From the NCBI GenBank assembly GCA_963745235.1, contig CAVUXE010000015.1, positions 1 to 64,000 of the forward strand: DNA of 64,000 bases, read 5' to 3'. The notes under the pieces are model-generated. The model was not told the origin of the DNA. It searched no databases and was given only the letters and a program-made list of their open reading frames with translations. Below are positions 11,596-21,008 of the stretch, one piece after another. Each line of letters opens with the position of its first letter. The first letter of the stretch is position 1. A program made the translations under genes and the position numbers. This stretch comes from an uncultured Spirochaetota bacterium (GTDB lineage Bacteria; Spirochaetota; Spirochaetia; SZUA-6; Fen-1364).

Positions 11596-12638
11596 ATCAG
11601 CCAGGTCGAGCGGGGTGCCGAAAGAAACACCCTTGATATCTCGGGGTCGAACTGTGATCCTGCCAGACTTTCGACTTCCTCCGCCGCCGCGGAGAACGGA
11701 AGCGCCCTTTTGTAGGAACGTTCGGAAGTCATTGCGTCCAGGGTATCCATGATGGAGAATATGCGCGCATGCAGTGGGATGCTGGTGCCGCGCAGGCCGT
11801 GGGGATAACCAGAACCGTCGAAACGCTCGTGGTGCGAGAGCACCACGTCGGTAGCGTGCACAAGGAACTCGATGTTGCGGACCATGGTGTACCCCATGAC
11901 CGGATGTTTTTGGATGACGTGGCGTTCCTCCTGTGTCAGTGGACCTGGTTTCAGAAGGATGTTCTCGGGGACGCCGATTTTTCCCATATCGTGGAGGTAG
12001 GCGCCCCACTTCAAGTTCTTGAGCTCGAACTCGGAAAGATCGAGCATGGACCCCAGCTTCACGCTGTTCTGTGAGACTCTCGCGCAGTGTTCAGCTGTAT
12101 CGTTGTCCTTGAGGTTCAGCGCCGCTACCAAAGCGAGCACTGTCTTGTCGTGGACCTCGTCGACGTGACGGGAAGAGTGGGACAGCTCTTCTGTCTTCAT
12201 CCTCACGAGCGTTTCCAGCGCACGGGCGTGGCCTCTCAAATGCGCACGCGATTTCCATTCATCAATCGCCTTGTCCACGCGCTGCAGGAACTCACCGACC
12301 GTGAAGGGCTTGGTGATGAAGTCGACGGCGCCGCGACGGATGGCCTCGACGGCCGTGTGGATGTCACTACGTCCAGTCATAACGACGACCAACGGTGATT
12401 CGGGCCCATGTTCCTCGACGAGGGACAGCCCGGACCCGTCAGGGAGGTTCACGTCGATGAACAGAAGGTCGTAATGCTCCTGCTCCATGCGCTTCCGCGC
12501 CTCGGCCAGGCTCGATGCTGCTTCGCACTCAAGGCTCCGTATCTTCACCATGGCCGCGACCAACGCCTGGATCTGCGCCTGGTCTTCGACGACGAGTATC
12601 CTAGGCCGCAAGAAATTATCGCTTTGCATAAGCTTCAT
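11517..12638 (-). CDS. REC-HD-GYP cyclic di-GMP phosphodiesterase (RpfG-like)
   Basis: REC domain, then LHDMGKIG, HHERFDGSGYP and DTLDAMT. Confidence 0.9.
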   Translation of the reverse strand: MKLMQSDNFLRPRILVVEDQAQIQALVAAMVKIRSLECEAASSLAEARKRMEQEHYDLLFIDVNLPDGSGLSLVEEHGPESPLVVVMTGRSDIHTAVEAIRRGAVDFITKPFTVGEFLQRVDKAIDEWKSRAHLRGHARALETLVRMKTEELSHSSRHVDEVHDKTVLALVAALNLKDNDTAEHCARVSQNSVKLGSMLDLSEFELKNLKWGAYLHDMGKIGVPENILLKPGPLTQEERHVIQKHPVMGYTMVRNIEFLVHATDVVLSHHERFDGSGYPHGLRGTSIPLHARIFSIMDTLDAMTSERSYKRALPFSAAAEEVESLAGSQFDPEISRVFLSAPRSTWLIQTKDAARESGTAGRYQRGRASSGPG

Positions 12639-13722
12639 TTCGACTCCCTCGAAGTGATGCGCACAGACGCTCTTGGATCCGCCCCGCGATTGCCTCTACT
12701 GACACGACCTCGTGGGCGTTCCCGTTCTGCGCGACCTCCTTGTTCATTCCATAGATCACGGAGCTTTCCTTGTCCTGTGCGATGATGTACCCGCCCCTTT
12801 TGTGCAGCTCGCGCAGACCTTCCGCTCCGTCTTTGCCCATTCCTGTCATGATCACACCCACCGCCTGCGCCCCGTACTCCATCGCCACCGAGTGCATCAA
12901 GACGTCTACCGAGGGCCGGTGGCCGTTCACACCACCGTCCTGATTGAGCTCTACGTGCGGCTCCGCGCCGAAGCGGCTCACGGTCATGTGCCAGTTCCCC
13001 GGCGCGAGCAGCACCCGCCCGGGCAGAATGGCATCGCCATTTTCAGCCTCTTTCACACGCACCTGGCAGCAGCTGTCCAGCCTCTCGGCGAACGCCTTCG
13101 TGAACACCGGGGGCATGTGCTGCACCACGACCACTCCAACCGGCAGGTCCGCCGGCAGCCCGGTGAGCACAGTCTTCAGCGCCACCGGCCCTCCGGTGGA
13201 GGTTCCGATGGCCACCAGGGAGTAGCCGTCAGTCCAGTCGGATCGTGCGATCTGCGGCGGAACACTGGAAACCGGGCGCAGCGCTGACGCTTCACACTGC
13301 GCCGGCTGCGTCTGTTGTCCATGCACACCAATGCGCGCTGCGCCTTTCACCTTCTCCACCAACTCGCGGGCAATGGCGGGAATCCCTCCGGAAAGCGAGT
13401 TGGCCGGCTTCGAAACGAAGTCCACCGCGCCGAGCTCCAGCGCCTGCAGCGTCAGATTGGCTCCGCGCGCCGCATGCGCACTCAGCACAATGATGGGGGT
13501 CGGCCGCACCGCCATGATCTGGCGAATCGTCTCCAGCCCTCCCATGCCGGGCATCTCGATGTCCAGCGTAATGACATCGGGGACCTCCCGGGTGAGCTTC
13601 TGCAGCGCGAACTCCCCCTGGGCCGCGGTCGCCACCACGGAAATACCCTCATCAGCGCTCAGGATGTCTGTCGCGATCTTTCGCACGAGCGCCGAGTCGT
13701 CCACGACCATCACCCGGATCAC
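12616..13722 (-). CDS. cheB: Chemotaxis methylesterase CheB
   Basis: REC domain plus IGTSTGGP, VQHMP, RPSVD and MTGMGKDG. Confidence 0.97.
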   Translation of the reverse strand: MIRVMVVDDSALVRKIATDILSADEGISVVATAAQGEFALQKLTREVPDVITLDIEMPGMGGLETIRQIMAVRPTPIIVLSAHAARGANLTLQALELGAVDFVSKPANSLSGGIPAIARELVEKVKGAARIGVHGQQTQPAQCEASALRPVSSVPPQIARSDWTDGYSLVAIGTSTGGPVALKTVLTGLPADLPVGVVVVQHMPPVFTKAFAERLDSCCQVRVKEAENGDAILPGRVLLAPGNWHMTVSRFGAEPHVELNQDGGVNGHRPSVDVLMHSVAMEYGAQAVGVIMTGMGKDGAEGLRELHKRGGYIIAQDKESSVIYGMNKEVAQNGNAHEVVSVEAIAGRIQERLCASLRGSRNEAYAKR

Positions 13723-14588
13723 GCCGCTGCCTCCTTCCTTCGCCGATAGATCGCGGCCTTCAACAGCGACGCGTACTGGAAAGCCCTGCTGAACCCGCTC
13801 AACGACTCGGAGTGTCCAATGAACAGGTAGCCGTCAGGCGCGATCGCTCGGGCAAAGATTCCATCCACCAGCTTGGTCTGCGTGGCCCTGTCGAAATAGA
13901 TCATCACGTTGCGGCAGTAAATCACGTCGACGTTCTCCCCCGGCGCCGGATCGGCAAACAGGTTGTGAACCCGAAACTCCACCCGCCGCCGCGCTTCCTC
14001 GCATACCTGGTAGCCCCCGTCCCCCGAGGATCGGAAGTACCGGGCAAGGAGACCGGGAGGCACGAGCCGCAGCGCCCGCTCGTGGTAGATGCCCTGCCGC
14101 GCCCGCTCGATGACAGTGGTGCTGATGTCGGTACCGACGATCTGCACCTCGCGCGCGCTACAGGCTTTCGCGGCCTGGTCGGCCACGATGCGCAGCGTGT
14201 AAACCTCTTCCCCCGTGGAACATCCTGCGCTCCAGATCTTCACCGGCCTCCCTCGGCGGAACAGCTCGGGCAGCACTGTGTGCTCGAGTGCGGCGAAGTG
14301 ATTGCCCTCGCGGAAGAAGTACGTTTCATTCGTGCTGACGGCGTCGATGAAGTGCGCCGTCTCTTCCCGCGGCGCCCTTCCCGAGGTCAGAAGCTCGTAG
14401 TACTCCTCGTAGGTGCTCAGCCTCAGCTGCACGAGACGTTTACGCAGGCGGTTGGACACCAGGATCTGCTTCCCCTCGCGCATGTGGATGCCCGTCTTTT
14501 CGTAGATGAGCGCGCGAAACCTCTGAAACGTCTCCTCCGCCAGTGTCGGAATGCCGAACCTCGCCAGCTGCGTGTCATGGGCGCTCAT
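13719..14588 (-). CDS. cheR: Chemotaxis methyltransferase CheR
   Basis: TNETYFFRE, IWSAGCSTGEE and CRNVMIYFD. Confidence 0.95.
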   Translation of the reverse strand: MSAHDTQLARFGIPTLAEETFQRFRALIYEKTGIHMREGKQILVSNRLRKRLVQLRLSTYEEYYELLTSGRAPREETAHFIDAVSTNETYFFREGNHFAALEHTVLPELFRRGRPVKIWSAGCSTGEEVYTLRIVADQAAKACSAREVQIVGTDISTTVIERARQGIYHERALRLVPPGLLARYFRSSGDGGYQVCEEARRRVEFRVHNLFADPAPGENVDVIYCRNVMIYFDRATQTKLVDGIFARAIAPDGYLFIGHSESLSGFSRAFQYASLLKAAIYRRRKEAAA

Positions 14589-15070
14589 GCCCCCTCTCCT
14601 TTCCCTCGGATCGCCTGCAGCGTCCTCACCGAAATGGCGCCTGTCATGTTGTCGAAGGTCACAGAGCGGCCTGATGTCCCTCCCGTGTCCTCGAACACGA
14701 TGGGGATGCGGCATCGGCTGAGAATGGCGCGCGAGGCAGCCACGTTCTGGTCACCGACGGACGCGATCCTCTCGCTGTCGAGCGCGAACATCTGCGCTCC
14801 GCCGATCACAAGCGCCTGCAAGGAGCCCGTCCGCCCGCCCTGACTGGCGACGCGCGCGACGAGCGCGGGAATAGCAGTGTCGGCGTACTTTCCCTCCGTG
14901 GTGTCCGAGCGGTGACGCTCAGGCAGCATGATGTGCGCCAACCCGCTCACCCGCTTCTCGGGGTCGCGCAGGATGATGCCCACGCAGGACCCGAGGATCG
15001 TCTTCAGGCGTCGATCGTCGCTGACCACGCCCATCTCCGCCATCTTCACCGTGACGGTCTGATCTACCAT
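14585..15070 (-). CDS. cheD: Chemoreceptor glutamine deamidase CheD
   Basis: LGSCVGI, LAHIMLP, KYADTAI, GGAQMF and EDTGG. Confidence 0.95.
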   Translation of the reverse strand: MVDQTVTVKMAEMGVVSDDRRLKTILGSCVGIILRDPEKRVSGLAHIMLPERHRSDTTEGKYADTAIPALVARVASQGGRTGSLQALVIGGAQMFALDSERIASVGDQNVAASRAILSRCRIPIVFEDTGGTSGRSVTFDNMTGAISVRTLQAIRGKGEGA

Positions 15071-15081
15071 GACGCGCCCCC

Positions 15082-17889
15082 TTACCGCGCCGTCGCGACG
15101 GCGGCGAGCGCCGAGTGAGGCTTCGCCGAAAGGGCAGCCATGAGCCGCGTGAGCGACTGCGGTTCCAGGAACAACAGCTGGCGGCACACCACCTTCTGCA
15201 TATCTCCGCCGTAGACAACCGCTTCGGTCAGCAGGATCTTCTCACCCGGCTGGTTGAAACGCGCAAGCACCGAGTCGACCACGGGCAGGCACATGTCGAT
15301 GCTGATCTCGGGAACTTCGGCATGGACCATGAGGCCGTCTGCATCCGCGAAGGCGTTGATGAAGCAGCAGGCCAGGATATTGCCCACCTCGGAGAGCCCC
15401 GAGAGGTCCAGCTGAGCAAGCGCGGAGCTGGTGCCGGCAGGCCGGCCATGGAGCATGTCGTCTATGGCAAGCAGGTTCTTCTCAGGGAAGACAAGAAGTA
15501 TGCCTCCTGTAATGTCGCCGCCCACACCGACATAGATGCCGCCCACTGTGGCCTCATCGCCTCCCATCAGCTCGGCCACGTCCCCCAGCGGGACCATCCG
15601 AGACTCGGGAAAGCTCACCTGGATTTCCTGACCCATGAGCTGCGAGAGGCTGATGGACGCCTGAATGGCGCCTGTGTTGTGCACCACCTCCAGCATCTTC
15701 CCCGCGTCCCCGGAAACCATGCGGGCGAGCTCCTCAATTGCAGGAGCAGCGGTGGCAGCGGCCGAATACTCCACGGCGGGAACTGGCTCCCTCTGGGGCC
15801 TGGCCGGCTCAGCCGACAGCTGGACGGGCTCCAGGGCGTCAGTCGAGTCAAACGCGGCGGCGCGCATCGTCACTGATTTGCCGCTGTCGTGGTGGTAGTA
15901 CAAGCCGATGAGCGCTCCAACGTCCACGATCAGTGCAATCTTTCCGTTGCCCAGGATGGAGGCTCCTACCAGGCCTTCCACCTCCCGGTAATGCCGGCTC
16001 AGGCTCTTGATGACGACTTCGCGCGTTCCAAGTACCCTCTCTACTTCCAGACCGATCTTCTTTCCTTCGAGATCGACTACGACCACCGGCAGCTTTGTTT
16101 CCTTGTTCACAGGCGCCTGATCGCGGGCGTCCCTCAGTGCGGCGCCAAGGTTCACCAGCGCCAGCACCTCGTCACGCAGCATGATCACACGCCGAGCTCC
16201 GACGGTCCTCAGGATCGCGTCTTTTTCCTTGAGTATCTCACGAACAGTGGATAGCGGGATGGCAAAGATGGAGCCGTCCATCTCGACGAGGACAGCGGTG
16301 ATGATGGCCATGGTGAGGGGAAGGGAAATGGTCACTGTGGTGCCCACCCCGACGGCGGAGCGTACGCGCACCGTCCCGCCCAGCTCCTCCACGGCGCGCT
16401 TCACTGCGTCCATGCCGACGCCGCGTCCCGAGATGTCGGTCACTTTTCGCGCGGTGCTGAATCCGGGAAGGAAGATGAAACCGAGGACCCGCTCCGTGCT
16501 GGCTGAAGCGACTTCCTCTTTCTTGATGAGGTCTCTCTCCAGAGCCTTGCGGAGAATGGCTTCGCGGTCGAGGCCGCGCCCGTCGTCCGACAGTTCCACG
16601 CAGATGTGGTCCCCGTCCTGATAGGCGCCGAGGCGGATCGTGCCCTGGGCGTTCTTGCCGTGTTTCACGCGCTCATCCGCAGGCTCCAGGCCATGATCCA
16701 CGGCATTACGGACCAGGTGCACGAGCGGTTCCCCGATCCGGTCGATGACTTTCTTGTCGATCTCGGTTTCCTCGCCGAACAGGTCCAGAGCGATGCTCTT
16801 TCCGCTGGCCTTCGCGAGATCCCGCACCACCCTGCGGAATCTGTTGAACACGGTGGCTATGGGAAGCATGCGCGCCTTCATGATGCCGTCCTGCAGCTGA
16901 TGGGTGATGGCCGACAACGCTTCCGTTTTTTCCTGCAGATCACGGAAGAAGCGCGTCTTTCCGTACTGTTCGCCCAGCTCCTGCGTGGTAACTATGAAGC
17001 CCGAGTTGTGCACCACGAGCTCACCGACGAGGTTCAGGAGCGCGTCCAGCTTCTGCACCGACACGCGCACCACCTCATCGGTCCTCGCGCCACGGGAGAA
17101 CTGGCTGTGCGCTTCCCGGGCGGCCTGCGAAGCCGTCTCCTCGGTCTCCAGCGGCGGAACCACCTGGGCCCGGGTCACGGGTGCGATGAGGACCTGGTCG
17201 ACCGCTACCTCGGATACGATCTCCTCAGCAGTGCGGCCTGTCTCCATGGTCACCTCGTAGACAAAGGGTCCATCCCCTTCGCGCAGCGCCTCAGGAGAAG
17301 GCTCCGCAGCCACGATCTTCCCGAGCCGCTCCAGGCGTGCCTTGACCAGGAACGACCGCAGGTAGGCCTCGCGCGGCTGCCCGTCGATGCGAATGGAAAG
17401 AGAACAAATGGAGGCAACATCGGCGGAAGCATGCACCGTGGAAGCAGGAACTTGCGTCGCCGCAGCCTGACTCGCCGGTGGCACTGCCTGCCTTGCTCCG
17501 GGACCTTCGTTTCGGGCGACCCTTGCCAGCATCTCCAGGAACTCCTCGACGCCCTCACCGTCTGCCTTGCCGGCTGCAAACGCGTCGATCATCCCCCTGC
17601 AGAGATCCAGACCTTTGAACAGGATCTCGCCCAGACCTTGGTTGTACGAAGTCTTTCCATCGCGAACATCCGAGAGGGAAGACTCAAGGTCATGGGCGAC
17701 TTTCTGCAGGCGATCGAAGCCGATGAAGCCCGCGGAGCCCTTGAGTGTATGGATCGCCCGGAACAAGCCGTGCAGCGGCTCGGTATCGCGAGGGTTCTTC
17801 TCCAGCGCCAGGAGGCATTCTTCCCAGTCCCGAAGCTGATCACCCGCCTCTTCGTTGAACATCGCTATGTACTCTGCTTTGATTTCCAT
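15082..17889 (-). CDS. cheA: CheA histidine kinase fused to a C-terminal CheC-like phosphatase domain
   Basis: Hpt FRAIHTLKGSA, HLVRNAVDHG, GRGVGMD and P5/CheW, followed in frame by a CheC domain (GAIQASISLSQL...SGLSEVGNIL). Confidence 0.93.
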   Translation of the reverse strand: MEIKAEYIAMFNEEAGDQLRDWEECLLALEKNPRDTEPLHGLFRAIHTLKGSAGFIGFDRLQKVAHDLESSLSDVRDGKTSYNQGLGEILFKGLDLCRGMIDAFAAGKADGEGVEEFLEMLARVARNEGPGARQAVPPASQAAATQVPASTVHASADVASICSLSIRIDGQPREAYLRSFLVKARLERLGKIVAAEPSPEALREGDGPFVYEVTMETGRTAEEIVSEVAVDQVLIAPVTRAQVVPPLETEETASQAAREAHSQFSRGARTDEVVRVSVQKLDALLNLVGELVVHNSGFIVTTQELGEQYGKTRFFRDLQEKTEALSAITHQLQDGIMKARMLPIATVFNRFRRVVRDLAKASGKSIALDLFGEETEIDKKVIDRIGEPLVHLVRNAVDHGLEPADERVKHGKNAQGTIRLGAYQDGDHICVELSDDGRGLDREAILRKALERDLIKKEEVASASTERVLGFIFLPGFSTARKVTDISGRGVGMDAVKRAVEELGGTVRVRSAVGVGTTVTISLPLTMAIITAVLVEMDGSIFAIPLSTVREILKEKDAILRTVGARRVIMLRDEVLALVNLGAALRDARDQAPVNKETKLPVVVVDLEGKKIGLEVERVLGTREVVIKSLSRHYREVEGLVGASILGNGKIALIVDVGALIGLYYHHDSGKSVTMRAAAFDSTDALEPVQLSAEPARPQREPVPAVEYSAAATAAPAIEELARMVSGDAGKMLEVVHNTGAIQASISLSQLMGQEIQVSFPESRMVPLGDVAELMGGDEATVGGIYVGVGGDITGGILLVFPEKNLLAIDDMLHGRPAGTSSALAQLDLSGLSEVGNILACCFINAFADADGLMVHAEVPEISIDMCLPVVDSVLARFNQPGEKILLTEAVVYGGDMQKVVCRQLLFLEPQSLTRLMAALSAKPHSALAAVATAR

Positions 17890-17922
17890 GGGGGTGTTGT
17901 TCCTTTGGTTGCCAGGCGGGTG

Positions 17923-18447
17923 CTATGCCTCGGACAGCATCGCGTCGAAGGATTCCGTTTCCTGGAGGGTTTCCTTCTCCTCAACTGCAATGCTGACCTC
18001 GATCGGACCGTACATGGTGATGAGCCCCAGAACGAGGGCCGGCTTGGGAATCAGGTGGACGCTCAGGTTGTCCCCTGCGGCGATGGCAGGGGTCGTGATG
18101 TTCAGCACGGAATCGTTTCCCTGGTTCAGAAGGGCTGTCGCATTGCCCGTGATCATGTTGGCCACTTCTCCGAGAGAGTCCAAAAACATGATCTTCCTCT
18201 GCTGCGGGGACTTGCCCTCCAGCAGCTTGTCCACCAGCCGATCCGCCAGCTTCCCGTCGAGGCTGTACACGATCTGGCCGGTCAGAAAACCGTAGATCCC
18301 GATGATGATCGAGACCCCGAAGGAAGGCTCCACCTTGGGCTTGTAGGACAGGTGCCCGCGGCGAACCTCGATTCCCGCTATCTGGTTCACGACCTTCATG
18401 GCCGCTTCGACGAACGGGTTGACGTGTCGCGCGTTGATCTTCATCAT
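17923..18447 (-). CDS. cheX: CheY-P phosphatase CheX
   Basis: VNPFVEAA, GVSIIIGIYG, SLGEVANMITGNA and ITTP. Confidence 0.9.
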   Translation of the reverse strand: MMKINARHVNPFVEAAMKVVNQIAGIEVRRGHLSYKPKVEPSFGVSIIIGIYGFLTGQIVYSLDGKLADRLVDKLLEGKSPQQRKIMFLDSLGEVANMITGNATALLNQGNDSVLNITTPAIAAGDNLSVHLIPKPALVLGLITMYGPIEVSIAVEEKETLQETESFDAMLSEA

Positions 18448-18806
18448 ACAAGCGCCTTTTGAACCGCGGACAGGATCCGCTCGGAAGTGAACGGCTTCAC
18501 CACGAAGTCCCGCACACCCACGGCAATCGAGTCCAGGAGCATCTTCTCCTGACCCAGCGCGGTGACCATGACGATTCGAGCGTTGGGATCCGCGGTCAGG
18601 ATTTCCTTTGCCGCCTCCAGCCCGTCTTTCACCTTCATGGTGATGTCCATCGTTACAAGGTCGGGTTTGAGCTCCCCATACTTCGCCACCGCCTCTGCCC
18701 CGTTTGTAGCTTCGCCCACGACTTCGAATCCCTTGGGCTCCAGGGAATCTCTCACGACCATGCGCATGAAGTTCGCATCGTCGACCACCAGAACTCTCTT
18801 TGCCAT
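18444..18806 (-). CDS. cheY: Chemotaxis response regulator CheY
   Basis: VLVVDDANFMR, PDLVTMDITM and FVVKPF; first gene of the che operon. Confidence 0.9.
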   Translation of the reverse strand: MAKRVLVVDDANFMRMVVRDSLEPKGFEVVGEATNGAEAVAKYGELKPDLVTMDITMKVKDGLEAAKEILTADPNARIVMVTALGQEKMLLDSIAVGVRDFVVKPFTSERILSAVQKALV

Positions 18807-18877
18807 GCTTCCTACTCCTTCAGCATCCTTGAACTGAGCCGGAAGCTGACGGCAGCTTCCGTGCCATGCCCGCAATT

Positions 18878-18894
18878 AGCAATTGGCGTGCCAA
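18878..18894 (-). promoter_or_regulatory. sigma54 promoter of the che operon
   Basis: Minus strand reads TTGGCACG-CCAA-TTGCT, matching the consensus. A second weaker copy, TGGCACG-GAAG-CTGC, lies just downstream. Confidence 0.8.
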
Positions 18895-19010
18895 CTATCA
18901 ACATTGCTTGCAACTTATTTGGTTATATACACTTGCGTTTATTACTGCTGCTAAAGTGGGAGGGTCACCGCCAAACCCTGAGCCTGTAAATGGCTTGTCT
19001 TCAGGACAAA

Positions 19011-19028
19011 GTGCAAAAAGTCACAGGG
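19011..19028. promoter_or_regulatory. Candidate upstream activator site (copy 1)
   Basis: GTGCAAAAAGTCACAGGG, 17/18 identical to 20876..20893 and about 120 bp upstream of a sigma54 promoter. Confidence 0.55.
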
Positions 19029-19191
19029 AGATGCGTTGAAGGGCTCTGGACTGTCATTTCCCGGATTTGTCATTTTGTAATTGGCGTAGTGGGTGCACTG
19101 GAAACCTCGGAAAAGCGCGAAACTATGGGAGAGACCCCTATTGCCGAGCCGCGGCGGCCGCGCGGATCTGGAAATGTCTACCTCGCGTGAG

Positions 19192-20744
19192 TTATCGCAC
19201 CTGCTGCCGTGGGCAGCCGTATCTGAAAAGTCGTTCCTTTGCCGGGCTCGCTGTCCACGCGGATGTTTCCGCCCGCCGCCTCGATGATGAGCTGCACCAT
19301 CGAAAGTCCGAGCCCCGTACCTTCGCCTCTTCGCTTCGTCGTGAAGAAAGGCTCGAAAATCCGATCACGAGTGGCGAGATCCATTCCAATGCCCGGTGTC
19401 GCGTATCTCCAGCACGACCCGTGCTGATCCGCGCGCAGCCCCTTCGTCTTCCGTCCTTGTCGCGATCGTAATCGTCCCGCCGAGCGGCATTGCATCCCCA
19501 GCGTTCAGGACGAGGTTACGAACGACATGGTCGATCTGGTCAACCGAGATATCCACGTTCGGCTGAGCGGCGGCCAGCGAGAGACCAAGAGACTGACCTT
19601 TGCGCAGGTGCTGGCGGAGGCTGGGCTCCATCTCTCGAACAGTCCGATTCAAATCGACGCTCACATGCTCTTTGCGAGCGGAATTGCCCAGGTTGAAAAG
19701 CTGTTGCACCATTCGCTTCGCTTTGCCGACGGCCACGGCGATTTCTTTTGTGTACTCCCCTATCGTTTCCGACGCCCCCGACTCCTGGGCAATCATGTCC
19801 GCGAATCCAGAGACGACCGTGAGAGTATTGTTGAAGTCGTGCGCAAGCCCGGCGGCCATGTGGCCAACTGTGTCGAGCTTGCTTGTGCGCGCAAGTGCCT
19901 GTTCGAGTTTCTTGTGGCTTGTCACATCGACAAACCCTGCTTCGACGTAGCTGTCCTCCTGCAACTGCCGAAGGGAGCCCACAATGACAAAGTCTCTTCC
20001 AGCAGGGGTTTGACCTCGCAGCTCCTGGTCTCGAATCTCCCCGCGCTCCCGCAGCGCGCGGACCGCTCTCTCGCGCGACTCAACGTCCAGCAAGCCGAGA
20101 AAAGACATGAGCCGAGCTGCGGTCACCGAGTCGGCGCCCACGAAGCGATGGAACGCGTCGTTGCAGTAGCGAACCTGCAGCGTGTCTGGTTCGAGAACCG
20201 CGTAAGGAATTGGCAGATTGCGGATAAGCCGGCGGTATTCTCCCCGCGCCTGGTCGAGCAATTCGATGATCCCGTCGGCAGCGGCTGAGTCTGCAGATTC
20301 CGAGCCGGCAGTAATGAGGTCGGAGACGAGGTAGTCCCTGGCAAACCTCCCCTTCTGGGAGCCTGGGCGCGAAAGCGCTTTGCGGACTGCCCCGATGAGC
20401 CTGTCCCTGTCAACGGGCTTCACCAGGTAGTCGACGATGCCTGCCGCTGCTCCCTGAGCGTAGTCCTTGACCTGGGAGGAGGCGGTCACGACGATGATTG
20501 GAGGACTATTCTTGAGCGCGGCAGCCTGGCGAATGATCCGATGTCCCGAGACATACGGCATGTTCAGATCGAGAAGCATGAGGCTGAACGTCTCCGCGGA
20601 CAGCAAGGCATCGACTTCCCTGCCGTGTGAACATGTCCTCAGGTTGTTGAAGCCGGCCGAAAGCAGGGCAATCCTCATCGCTGTGAGGGCTTGTGACTCG
20701 TCGTCGACAAGCAGAATCGGACAAGCAGGCGTTAATGTTTCCAC
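19192..20744 (-). CDS. Hybrid REC-PAS-histidine kinase; frameshift near 19390
   Basis: [27 protein letters not shown], then [18 protein letters not shown]...GTGLGL in ORF 19178..19495. Likely GTG start at 20744; 3' end approximate. Confidence 0.85.
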
Positions 20745-20755
20745 GGTTGCTCGCA

Positions 20756-20772
20756 AGCAAGTCACATGCCAA
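20756..20772 (-). promoter_or_regulatory. sigma54 promoter of the hybrid kinase
   Basis: Minus strand reads TTGGCATG-TGAC-TTGCT. Confidence 0.7.
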
Positions 20773-20875
20773 GCGAGTTCCAATTCCTATTTCCTTACCT
20801 GTAAAACGATTAGAAAGCAAAGCTGAAGGGATCCATCGGTTCGACTTCGAGTCTGTCTACTGCAGCAGGGACGGC

Positions 20876-20893
20876 GTGCAAAATGTCACAGGG
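20876..20893. promoter_or_regulatory. Candidate upstream activator site (copy 2)
   Basis: GTGCAAAATGTCACAGGG, about 105 bp upstream of a sigma54 promoter. Confidence 0.55.
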
Positions 20894-21008
20894 GTCGCCC
20901 TGCTGAAAGTTTCAAACTACACGCAGCGGCCGTCGATTCTACGGATGCGGTACCGTTCCTGTTCCGAGATTCTCCGCAGTTCTCAATCGGCAGCACTTGC
21001 ACGTCTTT

